The notes below the pieces were generated by a model. That model searched no databases. It was not told where the DNA came from and worked only from the letters and a program-made list of their open reading frames with translations. 64,000 bases of DNA, taken from NCBI GenBank assembly GCA_964572155.1, contig CAZNDZ010000001.1:271300-335299 (forward strand), written 5' to 3'. Made by a program: the position numbers and the translations under genes. Position 1 is the first letter of the stretch. The number at the start of each line of letters is the position of its first letter. Origin of the DNA: an uncultured Planctomycetales bacterium (GTDB lineage: Bacteria; Omnitrophota; Gorgyraeia; Zapsychrales; Fredricksoniimonadaceae). Positions 1-7,490 of this stretch are shown here, piece after piece.

Positions 1-167
1 TAATGCTCGACAATCCAATTTTTAAAGAATTCGTCGGGTGCTTGGACGGTGATGCGGTTGTCTTTGTCTAAAACCGTTAAATTGCTAAACCACGTATCGT
101 AGGATGTATCCCCGATGGCTTCGCGAATGGGTTGTTGGGCTTTTTGCCAGATTTCAAGTAGGTTCAT
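1..167 (-). CDS. dnaA: Chromosomal replication initiator DnaA, N-terminal fragment. The gene runs off the left edge of the window.
   Basis: The reverse complement of 1-167 reads MNLLEIWQKAQQPIREAIGDTSYDTWFSNLTVLDKDNRITVQAPDEFFKNWIVEH. This is the typical DnaA N-terminus, and the gene is divergent from rpmH as in many bacteria. Confidence 0.75.
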   Translation of the reverse strand, partial: MNLLEIWQKAQQPIREAIGDTSYDTWFSNLTVLDKDNRITVQAPDEFFKNWIVEH

Positions 168-186
168 TTTATTAGTATTGCACAGG

Positions 187-206
187 TTATCCACAGGTGT
201 GGATGA
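187..206. promoter_or_regulatory. DnaA-box pair. TTATCCACA is a perfect box at 187-195. The inverted near-box TGTGGATGA lies at 198-206.
   Basis: Exact match to the TTATNCACA consensus in the dnaA-rpmH intergenic region. A weaker box TGATCCAAA sits near 222-230. Confidence 0.5.
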
Positions 207-369
207 GCTCGACGGATTTGATCCAAAAATTCCCCTTTAAGGAGGTCATTATAACAAACAAGCAACCCAATGCAACGTTTTTTTAAACAGATATTTTAGC
301 AGGCTCACAACTTACGTACTTTCAACTATTTTTATCTCAAGTCATAAAAATTTTAGTGCACATTATTGC

Positions 370-397
370 TTGACTTGGGAATGCTCTATGCTATAAT
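370..397 (+). promoter_or_regulatory. Sigma70-type promoter for the rpmH operon: TTGACT, 16-bp spacer, TATAAT.
   Basis: TTGACT is at 370-375 and TATAAT at 392-397, 8 bp upstream of the rpmH ATG. Confidence 0.5.
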
Positions 398-405
398 TTC
401 GCATT

Positions 406-543
406 ATGAAAAAACACTTAAAGACACCAACAAAAATTGTAGGTAAAAAGAAGCACGGTTTTTTAAAGCGTATGGAAACGGCTGATGGTCGCGAAGTTCT
501 CAAACGTCGTCGAGCAAAAGGTCGCAAAAGAATCGCCTTGTGA
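406..543 (+). CDS. rpmH: 50S ribosomal protein L34
   Basis: 45-aa [48 protein letters not shown] matches the L34 signature. It is below the 60-aa ORF-track cutoff. Confidence 0.9.
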   Translation: MKKHLKTPTKIVGKKKHGFLKRMETADGREVLKRRRAKGRKRIAL

Positions 544-770
544 TAAAATCTTTTATCATCGCGTTTATTAAACTATATCAGCGCTTAAGCTTTTTGAAAC
601 ATCTGCTGCCTGCCTGCAAAGAGGCAGGTTGCCGCTTTTATCCCTCTTGTTCGCAATATGCGATCCAGGCGGTGGATAAGTATGGCGCAGCACGCGGTGT
701 TTTGATGGCGCTAAAGCGTATTTTCCGTTGCTCTCCCCTATCTGCAGGCGGATACGACCCGTTAAGGTAA
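540..770 (+). CDS. yidD: Membrane protein insertion efficiency factor YidD
   Basis: 76-aa ORF with the conserved YidD Cys motif ([12 protein letters not shown]) and GTG start. It overlaps the rpmH stop and sits upstream of yidC. Confidence 0.85.
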   Translation: MIKSFIIAFIKLYQRLSFLKHLLPACKEAGCRFYPSCSQYAIQAVDKYGAARGVLMALKRIFRCSPLSAGGYDPLR

Positions 771-776
771 AAAACT

Positions 777-2318
777 ATGGATAAGAATACAGCCCTAGCA
801 TTAGTTTTATCAGCATGCGTATTGTTTGGTTATGATGCTTTTTTCGGGGCACCAAAACGTGCCGAAATGCTAAAAAAGCAGCAAACTATTGCCACCAAAG
901 AAGTTACAACTAAAAGCATCGTCACTTCTCCAGAGGCGCCAAAAACTGTTACAACCCCACCTGCCTTTACATTCAAAGAAGAAAACAATGATATTAAAAC
1001 CACAAATACGGGTTTTTCATTAAGTAATGCGGGTGGATCGCTCCACAATATACGTGTTGGCGCTAAAGATTTATTGCCGTTGAACAAGGTTTTGACAGTT
1101 GCTGGTTATGAAAACGAGCAATTTGTGGTAAAGAGCCTAGATTCCAATAGAGCGGTATATTATTTCAAGAACGACAGAATGGAAATTAAAAAGACCGTTG
1201 AATTCAAAGATACGAACAACATTTTAGTCAGAATGGAAATTAATTCAAAGGAAGCGGCTAAAATTAACCTATTTGACATTGATTTTGTGAAACATGCCGC
1301 GGATGCTAAGGAAAATAGCTTATACGAATATTTCGTTTCCATGGATAATAAGGTTGTACGTAAGGGAAATGCCTTTAAATTTGAAGCCAAAGAGAATAAA
1401 ACCGTGGCAGGGCAGGTTCAATTTGCAGGTTTTAGAGATCATTTCAATATATTTGTCGTTCATCCTGAGTTCGGGACAAAAACATTTGAAATCAATAAGC
1501 TTACAGATAGTCAACTTAATGTAGCGGTAACTGCGGGAGGGGCACAAGCGTACGATTTTAGTATTTATGTGGGGCCCCAAGACACGCCACTAATGAAGAA
1601 ATATGGCAAAGGCTTCGAAAAGGCCGTTGCGTTTAGCCGTTTTTGGATTCTTAATACCATATCGTTTGCTATATACTACACAATCCCATTTTTACACAAG
1701 ATTTCTCATAGCTGGGGACTTAGTATTATTTTAATTAGTTTAATCATCTATGGTTTAAGCTATCCACTGACGGTAAAAAGCATGATGTCTATGCGTAAAA
1801 TGCAGCTTGTTCAACCAAAAATTAAAGCACTGCAAGATAGATATAAATCGGATCCAACCAAGCTCAATGCGGAAATTATGGATATTTACCGACGAGAAAA
1901 GATAAATCCTTTGGGAGGGTGTTTGCCGTTTTTATTACAGATGCCTTTATTTATTTCTCTGTACCAAGTGCTGTGGCGTTCACATTATTTTCAAGGACAA
2001 GGCTTTTTCTGGATTAAAGACCTGTCTTTGCCAGATCGTTTATTTATTTTACCTTTTTCGTTGCCATTTTTAGGTAATGAGTTTAATATATTGCCTATCT
2101 TGATGGGAGTAGTCATGTTCTTTCAGCAAAAGGTGACTGCAAAAAATTCAGTTGCAACTGATGAACAGCAAATTATGATGCAGAAAATGATGCTATACTT
2201 TTTTCCATTCTTTATTGGTGTTATTTTCTACAAGTTTGCAAGCGGACTATCGTTGTATTTTACCGTGTTCTACGCGCTCTCCGCATGGACACAAATACAA
2301 ATGAATAAAAAGAAATAG
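777..2318 (+). CDS. yidC: Membrane protein insertase YidC
   Basis: 513 aa with the conserved YidC core (…NPLGGCLPFLLQMPLFISLYQVL…) and a large periplasmic N-domain. Confidence 0.9.
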   Translation: MDKNTALALVLSACVLFGYDAFFGAPKRAEMLKKQQTIATKEVTTKSIVTSPEAPKTVTTPPAFTFKEENNDIKTTNTGFSLSNAGGSLHNIRVGAKDLLPLNKVLTVAGYENEQFVVKSLDSNRAVYYFKNDRMEIKKTVEFKDTNNILVRMEINSKEAAKINLFDIDFVKHAADAKENSLYEYFVSMDNKVVRKGNAFKFEAKENKTVAGQVQFAGFRDHFNIFVVHPEFGTKTFEINKLTDSQLNVAVTAGGAQAYDFSIYVGPQDTPLMKKYGKGFEKAVAFSRFWILNTISFAIYYTIPFLHKISHSWGLSIILISLIIYGLSYPLTVKSMMSMRKMQLVQPKIKALQDRYKSDPTKLNAEIMDIYRREKINPLGGCLPFLLQMPLFISLYQVLWRSHYFQGQGFFWIKDLSLPDRLFILPFSLPFLGNEFNILPILMGVVMFFQQKVTAKNSVATDEQQIMMQKMMLYFFPFFIGVIFYKFASGLSLYFTVFYALSAWTQIQMNKKK

Positions 2319-2319
2319 T

Positions 2320-2511
2320 ATGATTCTTGATACCCAAGCAAAAGAATTCGAAGGTGAATCTACCGAAGAAGCCATAGAGAACGCTGAGAAGGCCTTAGGC
2401 GTTTCACGTGAAACGCTAGATATTAAGATTGTCTGTGAAGAGCAGAAGGGCTTGTTTGGCATGGGTGGAGCAAAAAGAGCAAAGATTAAAGTAGCGATCA
2501 AGAAACCGTAG
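2320..2511 (+). CDS. Jag/KhpB N-terminal (Jag_N) domain protein. It is only 63 aa. The KH and R3H domains are absent.
   Basis: It occupies the position directly after yidC where jag normally sits. The sequence resembles Jag_N, and a stop codon follows at 2509-2511, 65 nt before parA. Confidence 0.55.
   Translation: MILDTQAKEFEGESTEEAIENAEKALGVSRETLDIKIVCEEQKGLFGMGGAKRAKIKVAIKKP
2400..2415. other. parS centromere-like site, copy 1: cGTTTCACGTGAAACg. It lies inside the jag-N coding sequence.
   Basis: 14 of 16 positions match the universal parS palindrome tGTTTCACGTGAAACa, including a perfect 14-bp core. Confidence 0.7.
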
Positions 2512-2540
2512 AGACGTGATTCATCGCGTCTAAGAACATC

Positions 2541-2556
2541 CGTTTCACGTGAAACC
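2541..2556. other. parS centromere-like site, copy 2: cGTTTCACGTGAAACc. It lies 21 bp upstream of the parA ATG.
   Basis: Same perfect 14-bp core. The flanking GCTAGATAT/CCTCGATAT is also conserved between the two copies. Confidence 0.7.
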
Positions 2557-2576
2557 CTCGATATAGCGAGAAAACA

Positions 2577-3347
2577 ATGTCCAAAGTGATTGCAGTTTGT
2601 AATCAAAAGGGCGGCACAGGCAAAACCACCACATCGGTTAATCTGCCTGCAGCCTTGGCCGAGCTTGGCGCTCGCGTGCTCTTGGTTGACATGGATCCTC
2701 AAGGCAATGCCACTTCAGGCGTTGGTATTAATAAAAACGACATTAAAAATTCCGTCTATGATGCTCTTGTACACAAGGCGCAAATGTCGGACATTATTTT
2801 AGAAACCAAGTTTAAAAACCTCTATATAGTACCCTGCAACATACACCTTACTGGCGCTGAAATTGAGCTGGTGGGGGCTTTATCGCGCGAAAACAGGCTA
2901 AAGAAAGCCATCGACAGCATCAAAGACAAATTCGACTATGTTTTTATTGATTCTCCGCCGTCATTAGGCCTGTTAACCCTTAATGCGCTGGTTGCCGCAG
3001 ATACCATTTTAATACCTATACAGTGCGAATTTTATGCGTTAGAAGGGGTCTCACAGCTCTTAAATACAATTGAGCTTATCAAGGAGGGTCTGAATCCAAA
3101 TTTGGCCATAGAAGGGGTTTTAATGACCATGGCGGACTTTAGAACCAATTTAACCAATGAAGTGATCAAAGAAATTAGCACGTATTTTAAAGAGAAGGTT
3201 TATAAGTCTATTATTCCCAGAAACATACGCTTGAGCGAAGCGCCAAGTTTTGGAAAACCCATTAATTATTATGATCCAAGTTCTGCAGGGGCAGTTAAAT
3301 ATAAAGAGTTGGCACAAGAGGTTATGGAGGCGCAGAATGGAAAATAG
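2577..3347 (+). CDS. parA: Chromosome partitioning ATPase ParA/Soj
   Basis: 256 aa with the deviant Walker A motif KGGTGKTT. Confidence 0.9.
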   Translation: MSKVIAVCNQKGGTGKTTTSVNLPAALAELGARVLLVDMDPQGNATSGVGINKNDIKNSVYDALVHKAQMSDIILETKFKNLYIVPCNIHLTGAEIELVGALSRENRLKKAIDSIKDKFDYVFIDSPPSLGLLTLNALVAADTILIPIQCEFYALEGVSQLLNTIELIKEGLNPNLAIEGVLMTMADFRTNLTNEVIKEISTYFKEKVYKSIIPRNIRLSEAPSFGKPINYYDPSSAGAVKYKELAQEVMEAQNGK

Positions 3348-4194
3348 AGCTTTGGGAAAAGGACTTTCAGCATTAATTTCAAAAAATAATTTCCAGTCTG
3401 GAAATTCTGAAGAAAAAAATGTAAGCAGCATTGATATAAAGCTAATTAAAAACAACAGCTTGCAGCCGCGGTTAGTTTATGACAAAGACAAATTGGATGA
3501 ATTAAAGGCTTCGATTAAAGAAAAAGGCGTCTTACAGCCCATTTTAGTCAGAGCTAGTGGTGACCAATATGAAGTTGTGGCAGGGGAACGCCGCTTACGT
3601 GCTTCCCGTGAGCTTGGATTAACCCAAGTGCCTGTTATTATCAAAAATGTGACCGATCGCGAAGCTTTGGTCATCGCCTTAGTTGAAAATATTCAGCGTG
3701 AAGAATTAAATGGCATTGAAGAGGCCAAAGCCTATAAGCGTTTGATTGAAGAGTTTGAATTTACTCAAGATACAGTGGCCCAATCATTGGGCAAAGATCG
3801 CAGCACCGTGAGCAATTTATTGCGTTTGCTTAAATTACCCAATGCCGTGCAAGATTATGTGTCGTCGGGAAAGCTATCGGTTGGGCATGCGCGTGCTTTA
3901 TTAACCATTGATAACAGCGACGAGCAAATCAAAATTTCCAAGGAAATTATCGCCAAAAGCTTGTCCGTTCGTCAGGTGGAGGCGGCAGTGCAAAAGCACA
4001 TGGCTTCTAAAACAGCCAAGCCAACCGCCAAGGTTAAGTCGAAGAATCGCGATATACAAATTTTAGAAGAAGAGTTAAGTCGTAGCTTAGGTACCAAGGT
4101 TATCGTTGAAGATAAGAACAACAAAGGCAAGGTTGTGATTGAGTATTATTCCTTAGAAGATTTTGATAGGATCCTGGAGGTCATACGTCGATGA
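3337..4194 (+). CDS. parB: Chromosome partitioning protein ParB/Spo0J
   Basis: ParB N-domain and HTH (GERRLRAS…). The start is chosen at the internal ATG 3337 (MENRALGKGLSALI). The track ORF starting at 3250 is over-extended into parA. Confidence 0.9.
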   Translation: MENRALGKGLSALISKNNFQSGNSEEKNVSSIDIKLIKNNSLQPRLVYDKDKLDELKASIKEKGVLQPILVRASGDQYEVVAGERRLRASRELGLTQVPVIIKNVTDREALVIALVENIQREELNGIEEAKAYKRLIEEFEFTQDTVAQSLGKDRSTVSNLLRLLKLPNAVQDYVSSGKLSVGHARALLTIDNSDEQIKISKEIIAKSLSVRQVEAAVQKHMASKTAKPTAKVKSKNRDIQILEEELSRSLGTKVIVEDKNNKGKVVIEYYSLEDFDRILEVIRR

Positions 4195-4640
4195 AAGAAT
4201 CGGCATTAATTTTAATCAAGCCCGACGGCATGCGTAAAAAGATCGTTGGTGAAATCATCAATCAGTTTTTATCGAGTGATCTTAAGCTCATTGGTTTAAA
4301 GACAGTGCAAGTTTCAAAGCCTTTGGCCGAAGCGCATTATGGTCATTTAAAGAAAGAATTTTTCTTTAAGCAAATTGTTTCATACTTGTGCGGTAATCTC
4401 CACGACGGAGAACCTGTCATAGCCATGGTGTTTTATGGTGAAGGCGCGATTGCCAAATGCCGCGCGATTGCAGGGGCAACCAACCCTGAAGATGCGTTGC
4501 CGACATCTATTCGTGGTAAGTACGGGCGGGTCACAACCAAGGGCGTTTATGAAAATTTAGTACATGTATCCTCGAGCAGCGACGAGTCAAAGCGCGAGAT
4601 CAAATTGTGGTTTGATAAAAAAGAATTACTTAAAGTGTGA
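4191..4640 (+). CDS. ndk: Nucleoside diphosphate kinase
   Basis: 149 aa with the NDK fold motifs (ALILIKPDG…, NLVHVSSS active-site His region). Confidence 0.85.
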   Translation: MKESALILIKPDGMRKKIVGEIINQFLSSDLKLIGLKTVQVSKPLAEAHYGHLKKEFFFKQIVSYLCGNLHDGEPVIAMVFYGEGAIAKCRAIAGATNPEDALPTSIRGKYGRVTTKGVYENLVHVSSSSDESKREIKLWFDKKELLKV

Positions 4641-4650
4641 GAGGATTAAC

Positions 4651-5472
4651 ATGATTTCAGGGATGACAGGATTTGGGGCTGCGGATTTTAGCGTTGCGAA
4701 GATCAAGGGAACGGTTGAGATTAAGACCGTTAATCACCGTTATTTGGATCCTGCGTACTATTTGCCGTCGGGATTTTCTTCTTATGAAGAGCGCATTTCT
4801 AAGCTCGTGGCCAAAAATTTAAAACGTGGACGCGTGACGATATCAGTTAAAATCACCGAAAAGCCAAGCGTTAATATTGTGCTTAATCAAGATGCGGTTA
4901 AACGTTACATTGATTTTGGTAAAAGCTTATCCAAACAATTTCGTATGAACAATGATTTAAGCACAGCGGATATCATGCGCTTACCCGGCGTGGTTGAAGC
5001 CAAAGAAGTTTTTGTCGAAGCCAATACCTTGTGGCCTGTTGTGGCAAAAGCCATTGATAAAGCCTTGGTTTCAGTTGTTGCCATGCGTCGACGCGAAGGA
5101 TCATCGCTTAAAATGGACATTGGCGGGCAATTAGGGCGCATGCAAAAATGCATCAATCAAATAAAGACACGCGCGCAAGGTTTGCTCAAACAAAAGAAGG
5201 GCACTTCCACCCCAGAAGAATTTGCCATATATCAAAAAAGCAATGATATTAACGAAGAATTATCGCGATTAAGTCATCACATCGACGAAGCGAAAGCGCT
5301 CTTATCGTTAAGTCAGGAAGCCGGAAAGAAGCTAGATTTTATCGCTCAAGAAATGCAACGCGAAACCAATACCATAGGTTCTAAAGTACAAGACAAAGAA
5401 ATCTCCGCGAACGTCATCGCGTTAAAAAGCAAAGTCGAAAAGATCCGTGAACAAGCCAACAACGTTGAATAA
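4651..5472 (+). CDS. yicC: YicC-family stress-induced protein
   Basis: N-terminus MISGMTGFGAADF…VNHRYLD matches YicC. The start is set at ATG 4651, because the track start 4564 overlaps ndk. Confidence 0.8.
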   Translation: MISGMTGFGAADFSVAKIKGTVEIKTVNHRYLDPAYYLPSGFSSYEERISKLVAKNLKRGRVTISVKITEKPSVNIVLNQDAVKRYIDFGKSLSKQFRMNNDLSTADIMRLPGVVEAKEVFVEANTLWPVVAKAIDKALVSVVAMRRREGSSLKMDIGGQLGRMQKCINQIKTRAQGLLKQKKGTSTPEEFAIYQKSNDINEELSRLSHHIDEAKALLSLSQEAGKKLDFIAQEMQRETNTIGSKVQDKEISANVIALKSKVEKIREQANNVE

Positions 5473-6043
5473 GCCGATAGGCAAAGTGTTTATCCTTTCA
5501 GGTCCGTCGGGATCAGGGAAGACCACGCTTCATAAGGCGCTTTTAAATGACCCTAAACTTAAAGGCAAGCTTGTAAAGTCTGTTTCTGCCACCACCCGTG
5601 AAAAACGCGAGGGTGAACGCGCGGGCAGAGATTACTTGTATTTAACCCGCAAGACCTTTGAAAGCCGCATCAAGAAAAATTATTTCCTCGAATGGGAAAA
5701 AGTCTTTGATAATTATTACGGCACGCCAAAACAACAGGTTTTGAAATTATTACACAAGGGCAAGCACGTGCTTTTATGCATTGATGTTAAAGGAGCTGCC
5801 CATGTTCGCAGGGAATTTCCCGAGAGCTACAGTGTTTTTATCAAAACACCGACGATGAAAATATTACAAGAACGTTTGCGGCAACGCGCCTCCGAAACAC
5901 ACGAGAGTTTAAGCCTTCGGCTTAAAGTTGCGCGCAAAGAGCTCAAAGAGGCCAAGCACTATGATCGTATTATCGTCAATGGTCGCTTGGATAAGGCCTG
6001 CCGTGACCTTAGCCGCATCGTCAGGGACGTCATCGCACAATAA
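5447..6043 (+). CDS. gmk: Guanylate kinase
   Basis: P-loop GPSGSGKTTL and the guanylate kinase fold. This is the conserved yicC-gmk-rpoZ synteny. The exact start is uncertain, with a 26-nt overlap onto yicC. Confidence 0.85.
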   Translation: MNKPTTLNKPIGKVFILSGPSGSGKTTLHKALLNDPKLKGKLVKSVSATTREKREGERAGRDYLYLTRKTFESRIKKNYFLEWEKVFDNYYGTPKQQVLKLLHKGKHVLLCIDVKGAAHVRREFPESYSVFIKTPTMKILQERLRQRASETHESLSLRLKVARKELKEAKHYDRIIVNGRLDKACRDLSRIVRDVIAQ

Positions 6044-6072
6044 TTGACATTTATAAGCTGTTGTGTTATAAA
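6044..6072 (+). promoter_or_regulatory. Sigma70-type promoter: TTGACA, 17-bp spacer, TATAAA. It lies upstream of rpoZ.
   Basis: TTGACA is at 6044-6049 and TATAAA at 6067-6072. An AAGGAGG Shine-Dalgarno follows at 6113-6119. Confidence 0.5.
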
Positions 6073-6127
6073 GTTCGTTTCACATTAGCATAGATTCCCA
6101 CAGGAATCACTTAAGGAGGCAGTACTT

Positions 6128-6382
6128 ATGGCATACCAGCCACTCGAACATTTGTTACCAAAAGCAGCAGGCAGCGTCTATAAATTGGTGCGCATGGCAT
6201 CCAATCGTTCCCTTGAAATTAGTAACACTGGAACACGTTTAGTTCAAATGCCAATGAATACTAAATTGACCACCGTTGCATTAAATGAAATTCGTAATGC
6301 CAAGGTCGTTGAAAAAAGCTGTTCCAAAGAATTTGAACCAAAACCAGCTGGCAGACTTAAGAAAAATGACGAAAACGCCTAA
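6128..6382 (+). CDS. rpoZ: DNA-directed RNA polymerase subunit omega
   Basis: 84 aa in the position after gmk. The central region (VRMASNRSLEI…TTVALNEIRNAKV) resembles the conserved omega core. Confidence 0.65.
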   Translation: MAYQPLEHLLPKAAGSVYKLVRMASNRSLEISNTGTRLVQMPMNTKLTTVALNEIRNAKVVEKSCSKEFEPKPAGRLKKNDENA

Positions 6383-6899
6383 AAAAATTGTTTTAGGTGT
6401 ATGTGGCAGCATCGCGGCGTATAAAGCTGGCGATATCATTCGACGATTACAAGATGCGGGCGTCGAGGTTAAAGTGGTGATGACACAAGAAGCACAGCAA
6501 TTTATCACGCCATTAACATTGTCCGCGTTATCTGGCAGCAAAGCATTGACCGGCATGTTTGACGAAGATTCTTGGTCCATGGCGCATTTGCAATTGGTCA
6601 AAGGCACCGACGGATTATTAATTGCACCGGCAACGGCGCATGTGATTGGAAAATTAGCTCACGGTTTGGCCGACGATCTTTTAAGCACGTTGGCATTGGC
6701 ATATAAGAAAAGCATTTGGATTGCACCAGCCATGAACGATGACATGTATGCAAATACAATCGTTCAAGCAAATTGTGCAACATTAAAGCGTCATGGATTT
6801 AAGTTTATTGAACCCATCAACGGAAAATTAGCCTGCGGCGTCACTGGCATTGGCCATTTAGCAGATGTTGATGCGATTGTTAAAGCAGTCTTGAAATAA
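6366..6899 (+). CDS. coaC: Phosphopantothenoylcysteine decarboxylase (CoaC flavoprotein). It is standalone, with no CoaB half.
   Basis: MTKTPKKIVLGVCGSIAAYKA… matches the flavoprotein/CoaC family. The start is at ATG 6366, overlapping the rpoZ end by 17 nt. It is only ~177 aa, so the CoaB ligase domain is absent. Confidence 0.8.
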   Translation: MTKTPKKIVLGVCGSIAAYKAGDIIRRLQDAGVEVKVVMTQEAQQFITPLTLSALSGSKALTGMFDEDSWSMAHLQLVKGTDGLLIAPATAHVIGKLAHGLADDLLSTLALAYKKSIWIAPAMNDDMYANTIVQANCATLKRHGFKFIEPINGKLACGVTGIGHLADVDAIVKAVLK

Positions 6900-6905
6900 G
6901 TTTTC

Positions 6906-6989
6906 GGGCGGGTGGTGGAATTGGTATACACGCAGGACTTAAAATCCTGTGATCGCAAGGTCATGAGGGTTCAATTCCCTCCCCGCCCA
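6906..6989 (+). tRNA. tRNA-Leu (anticodon TAA), type II with a long variable arm
   Basis: Acceptor stem GGGCGGG/CCCGCCC and discriminator A. The anticodon loop is CU-UAA-AA. The T-arm is GAGGGTTCAATTCCCTC. CCA is not encoded. Confidence 0.85.
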
Positions 6990-7002
6990 TTTGCATAAAA
7001 AA

Positions 7003-7096
7003 GGGAATTGAAGTGAGCCCGTTTATAAACACGACGAATAGGAGTGTTTATGGGCGAGGGGATGACCGAGCGAAGCGAGGCACCAATTCCCTCCCC
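7003..7096 (+). repeat. tRNA-adjacent structured repeat element, copy A. It begins 14 bp after tRNA-Leu.
   Basis: 51 nt are identical to copy B (7011-7061). It is bounded by the inverted repeat GGGAATTG…CAATTCCC. It ends with CAATTCCCTCCCC, a copy of the tRNA-Leu 3' end. Confidence 0.6.
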
Positions 7097-7131
7097 ACGG
7101 CAAAGCAGCGACGTAAAAATATAAAAATTAC

Positions 7132-7206
7132 GGCGAGGTAGCCAAGTGGTAAGGCAGTGGTCTGCAAAACCGCTATTCACCGGTTCGATTCCGGTCCTCG
7201 CCTCCA
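7132..7206 (+). tRNA. tRNA-Cys (anticodon GCA)
   Basis: Acceptor stem GGCGAGG/CCTCGCC. The anticodon loop is CU-GCA-AA. The T-arm is ACCGGTTCGATTCCGGT. CCA is encoded. Confidence 0.85.
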
Positions 7207-7266
7207 GTCTTCGTCAAATTGCTTTCGCGTTTGACTACGACTGGCTTCGCCAGAAAAATTTTGGAA

Positions 7267-7344
7267 GGACTCTTAGCTCAGTTTGGTTAGAGCGCATCCT
7301 TGACATGGATGAGGTCACAGGTTCGATCCCTGTAGAGTCCACCA
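7267..7344 (+). tRNA. tRNA-Val (anticodon GAC)
   Basis: Acceptor stem GGACTCT/AGAGTCC. The anticodon loop is TT-GAC-AT. The T-arm is ACAGGTTCGATCCCTGT. CCA is encoded. Confidence 0.85.
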
Positions 7345-7373
7345 TATATAAGAATAAAAATTAAAAGTACCAA

Positions 7374-7476
7374 GGGATCGAAGTGAGCCCGTTTATAAAC
7401 ACGACGAATAGGAGTGTTTATGGGCGAGGGGCTGACTCCGACGAAGTCGGAGCACCGATCCCTGTAGAGTCCACCA
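7374..7476 (+). repeat. tRNA-adjacent structured repeat element, copy B. It begins 30 bp after tRNA-Val.
   Basis: It carries the 51-nt core identical to copy A (7381-7431). It is bounded by the inverted repeat GGGATCG…CGATCCC. It ends with GATCCCTGTAGAGTCCACCA, a 20-nt duplicate of the tRNA-Val 3' end. Confidence 0.6.
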
Positions 7477-7490
7477 TTTTACACAAAACC

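Noticed and set aside
3250-5472. Over-extended track starts at parB (3250), yicC (4564), sucD (30976), TPR (26241), nadE (49955) and DUF1329 (54818).
   Set aside because: Internal ATG or GTG starts with better context exist at 3337, 4651, 30997, 26313, 49970 and 54941. These coincide with the homologous N-termini and avoid long overlaps with upstream genes.
7383-7490. N-terminal extension of thrS in the track ORF 7383..9221 (MSPFINTTNRSVYGRG…).
   Set aside because: The extension is translated from the repeat element and the duplicated tRNA-Val 3' end. The same open frame appears by chance in repeat copy A, where it is not followed by a gene. ThrRS homology begins only at ATG 7491.
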